A stretch of DNA of 64,000 bases, taken from NCBI GenBank assembly GCA_963715335.1, contig CAVQRZ010000002.1, positions 1-64,000 on the forward strand, read 5' to 3'. This document shows, piece after piece, positions 63,201 to 64,000 of this stretch (position 1 is the stretch's first letter; each line of letters begins with the position of its first letter). The DNA is from an uncultured delta proteobacterium (GTDB lineage: Bacteria > Desulfobacterota > Desulfuromonadia > Desulfuromonadales > BM103). The notes beneath the pieces are model-generated. The model had not been told where the DNA came from and ran no database searches. It worked only from the letters and a program-made list of their open reading frames with translations. Made by a program: the position numbers and the translations under genes.

Positions 63201-63522
63201 AACGCGCCCAGTAGAGGTCGGTACCGTCCTCAAAGATAATATAGACGAATGAGATGCCGAAGAAGGAGTAGCCTCGCACCACCTTGGCGTGCGGCACAGC
63301 CAGCATTTGGGTCGTCAGAGGATAGGTGACCTGGTCCTCGACCACCTGCGGAGCCTGCCCCGGATATTCGGTGAATATAATAACCTGTACGTCGGACAGA
63401 TCGGGAATGGCGTCAATCGGGGTCTGGGAAACAGCATAAATGCCGCCAGCCATGACAAGGATCGTCAGAAGAACGACGATAAACTTGTTTTTGCAGGACC
63501 AGTCAATGATAAATTCAAGCAC
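60268..63522 (-). CDS. cusA: CusA/CzcA-family heavy-metal RND permease
   Basis: DAIPDLSDVQVI, GPDATGVGWVY, IGAMIDAAI, EFMPPL, AWTMPIKTRIDML and RIRPKVMT. Confidence 0.93.
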   Translation of the reverse strand: MLEFIIDWSCKNKFIVVLLTILVMAGGIYAVSQTPIDAIPDLSDVQVIIFTEYPGQAPQVVEDQVTYPLTTQMLAVPHAKVVRGYSFFGISFVYIIFEDGTDLYWARSRVLEYLNYAAGKLPRGVTPSLGPDATGVGWVYEYVLESDRHDLQQLRSIQDWYLRYELTAVDGVSEVASIGGYVKQYQVTVDPARLLAYHITIPQIRRAIQASNNDVGGRLVEMAETEFMVRGLGYIRSTKDIEQVVVGTDGQGTPILVRDLAEVDIGPELRRGIAELDGQGEAVGGIIVMRFGDNAMQTIENVKRKLKSLEAGLPEGVRITPVYDRSGLIERAVSTLKEKLLEEIIVVALVTALFLFHLPSALVAIFTLPVAILIAFLIMHLQGINANIMSLGGIAIAIGAMIDAAIIMIENAHKHLERDQGKKPHREIILASAKEVGPTLFYSLLVITVSFVPVFALHEQSGRLFKPLAYTKTYSMAASALLAVTIVPILMGWFIRGKIKPEEANPINRLLIRIYHPIVDLVLKWRMVTLVIAFLMVCSIWYPLSRMGSEFMPPLYEGDLLYMPTTLPGISVTKAKELLQQTDRIIASFPEVERTFGKAGRADTATDPAPLSMLETTIMLKPEDQWRKVPTRRFYSDWSDGWDWLKAPLRIVVPEEKPITVEELTDELNSAIQFPGLTNAWTMPIKTRIDMLSTGIKTPVGIKLMGNDLQTLSDLGEQVEALVRTLPGTLTAFSERVVGGNYLDFTIDRAAAARYGLTVGEVQEIIQTAIGGVNVTQTVEGLERYPVNIRYQRDYRNDLPSLERVLVPLRDGKHVPISQLAKIEIRKGPPGIKSENARRTAWVYVDLRGIDVGTYVASAKEAVAENIKLPEGYSIVWSGQFEYMQAAKQRFIVIIPLTVLIIFLIIYMSTRSVIKTAIVFLAVPFSLVGAFWFLYLLGYHTSVAVWVGVIALAGLDAETGVVMLLYLDIAHKRWGDSGRMLTHGDLRQAIHHGAVKRIRPKVMTICVIIAGLLPIMWSHGAGADVMKRIAAPMVGGVVTSGIMELMVYPVIYYLWRSRKLNPSLEPTALDELNEDGLRVNNESA

Positions 63523-63554
63523 GATAAGTTCCGTTAAAAGAGAAAGATAACATG

Positions 63555-64000
63555 TTAAAACTCAGTTGGCATTTTGCGTTTTCCGTCTTTTACTTTGTCA
63601 GCTTTCACCTTTTCCTCGTCGTCTTCATCAGCGAAAAGAGATTCCATGTCATCTTCAGTTGCTTTGGCAGGTTCGCTGTGTATGTGTTGGTCTGCGGATG
63701 GCATAGCCGGCTCCAGCATTTTCTGGATTGCTTCGCGCAGTTTGCTCTCCGAATCGAGCATGAACTGAGCGCTGGTGACAACGTGTTCTCCATCGAGCAG
63801 ACCCTGTACAATCTCGATAGCTCCGTCTTCACTTTGGACACCGGTTTTAACCTGACGCGGTTCGAATTTGCCTTCACCGAGAGCAACGAAAAGGGTCTTC
63901 TTCTCACCCGAGTGCAGCACGGCCTCGATCGGCACAGTCAGGGCGTTGGCAATCGTGTCCGATTTTAGCGAGACATTGACGTACATGTCAGGTTTCAGCG
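63555..64000 (-). CDS. cusB: CusB-like RND periplasmic adaptor (C-terminal part, truncated by window edge)
   Basis: LKPDMYVNV, VPIEAV, FEPRQVKTG and SAQFMLDSES; directly upstream of cusA. Confidence 0.88.
   Translation of the reverse strand, partial: LKPDMYVNVSLKSDTIANALTVPIEAVLHSGEKKTLFVALGEGKFEPRQVKTGVQSEDGAIEIVQGLLDGEHVVTSAQFMLDSESKLREAIQKMLEPAMPSADQHIHSEPAKATEDDMESLFADEDDEEKVKADKVKDGKRKMPTEF

Noticed and set aside
1..64000. CRISPR array, tRNA, rRNA, prophage or transposase
   Set aside because: No regularly spaced repeats, cloverleaf, rRNA-like tract or integrase/transposase motifs were seen by eye.

Overview
Chromosomal window from a deltaproteobacterium, most likely Desulfuromonadales/Geobacterales. 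This assignment is inferred from a GSU3473-family gene, REC-PilZ proteins and a GEMM-I riboswitch. The left ~29 kb is one large envelope-lipid locus. It holds a complete bacterial sphingolipid pathway: acyl-AMP ligase, ACP, serine palmitoyltransferase, GNAT ceramide synthase and ceramide reductase. It also holds Caulobacter-like head-group genes (kinase, CDP-alcohol phosphotransferase, nucleotidyltransferases) and an LptF/LptG-like pair. The spt operon runs directly, after a 7-bp gap, into a GT-B-like transferase, an oxidoreductase, a NeuB-SAF-cupin fusion, a HAD phosphatase, a NeuA-like CMP-synthetase and a methyltransferase; an MsbA-like ABC exporter follows after an AT-rich block. The best candidate new system is therefore a ceramide carrying a sialic-acid-like (ulosonic acid) head group, i.e. 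a bacterial ganglioside-like lipid. This is inferred from gene order and motifs, not demonstrated. The right ~35 kb is mostly housekeeping: recG, greA, pyrR-pyrB-pyrC-carA-carB with a PyrR attenuator, lepAB, dgt, rsmD-coaD, prc, an AddAB-like pair and a Cus-type efflux operon. Many genes left of ~30 kb, including recG, carry 1-nt frameshifts that look like assembly indels; I merged the split ORFs by eye. No tRNA, rRNA, CRISPR array or transposase was seen. All family calls come from recognising motifs, without database searches.
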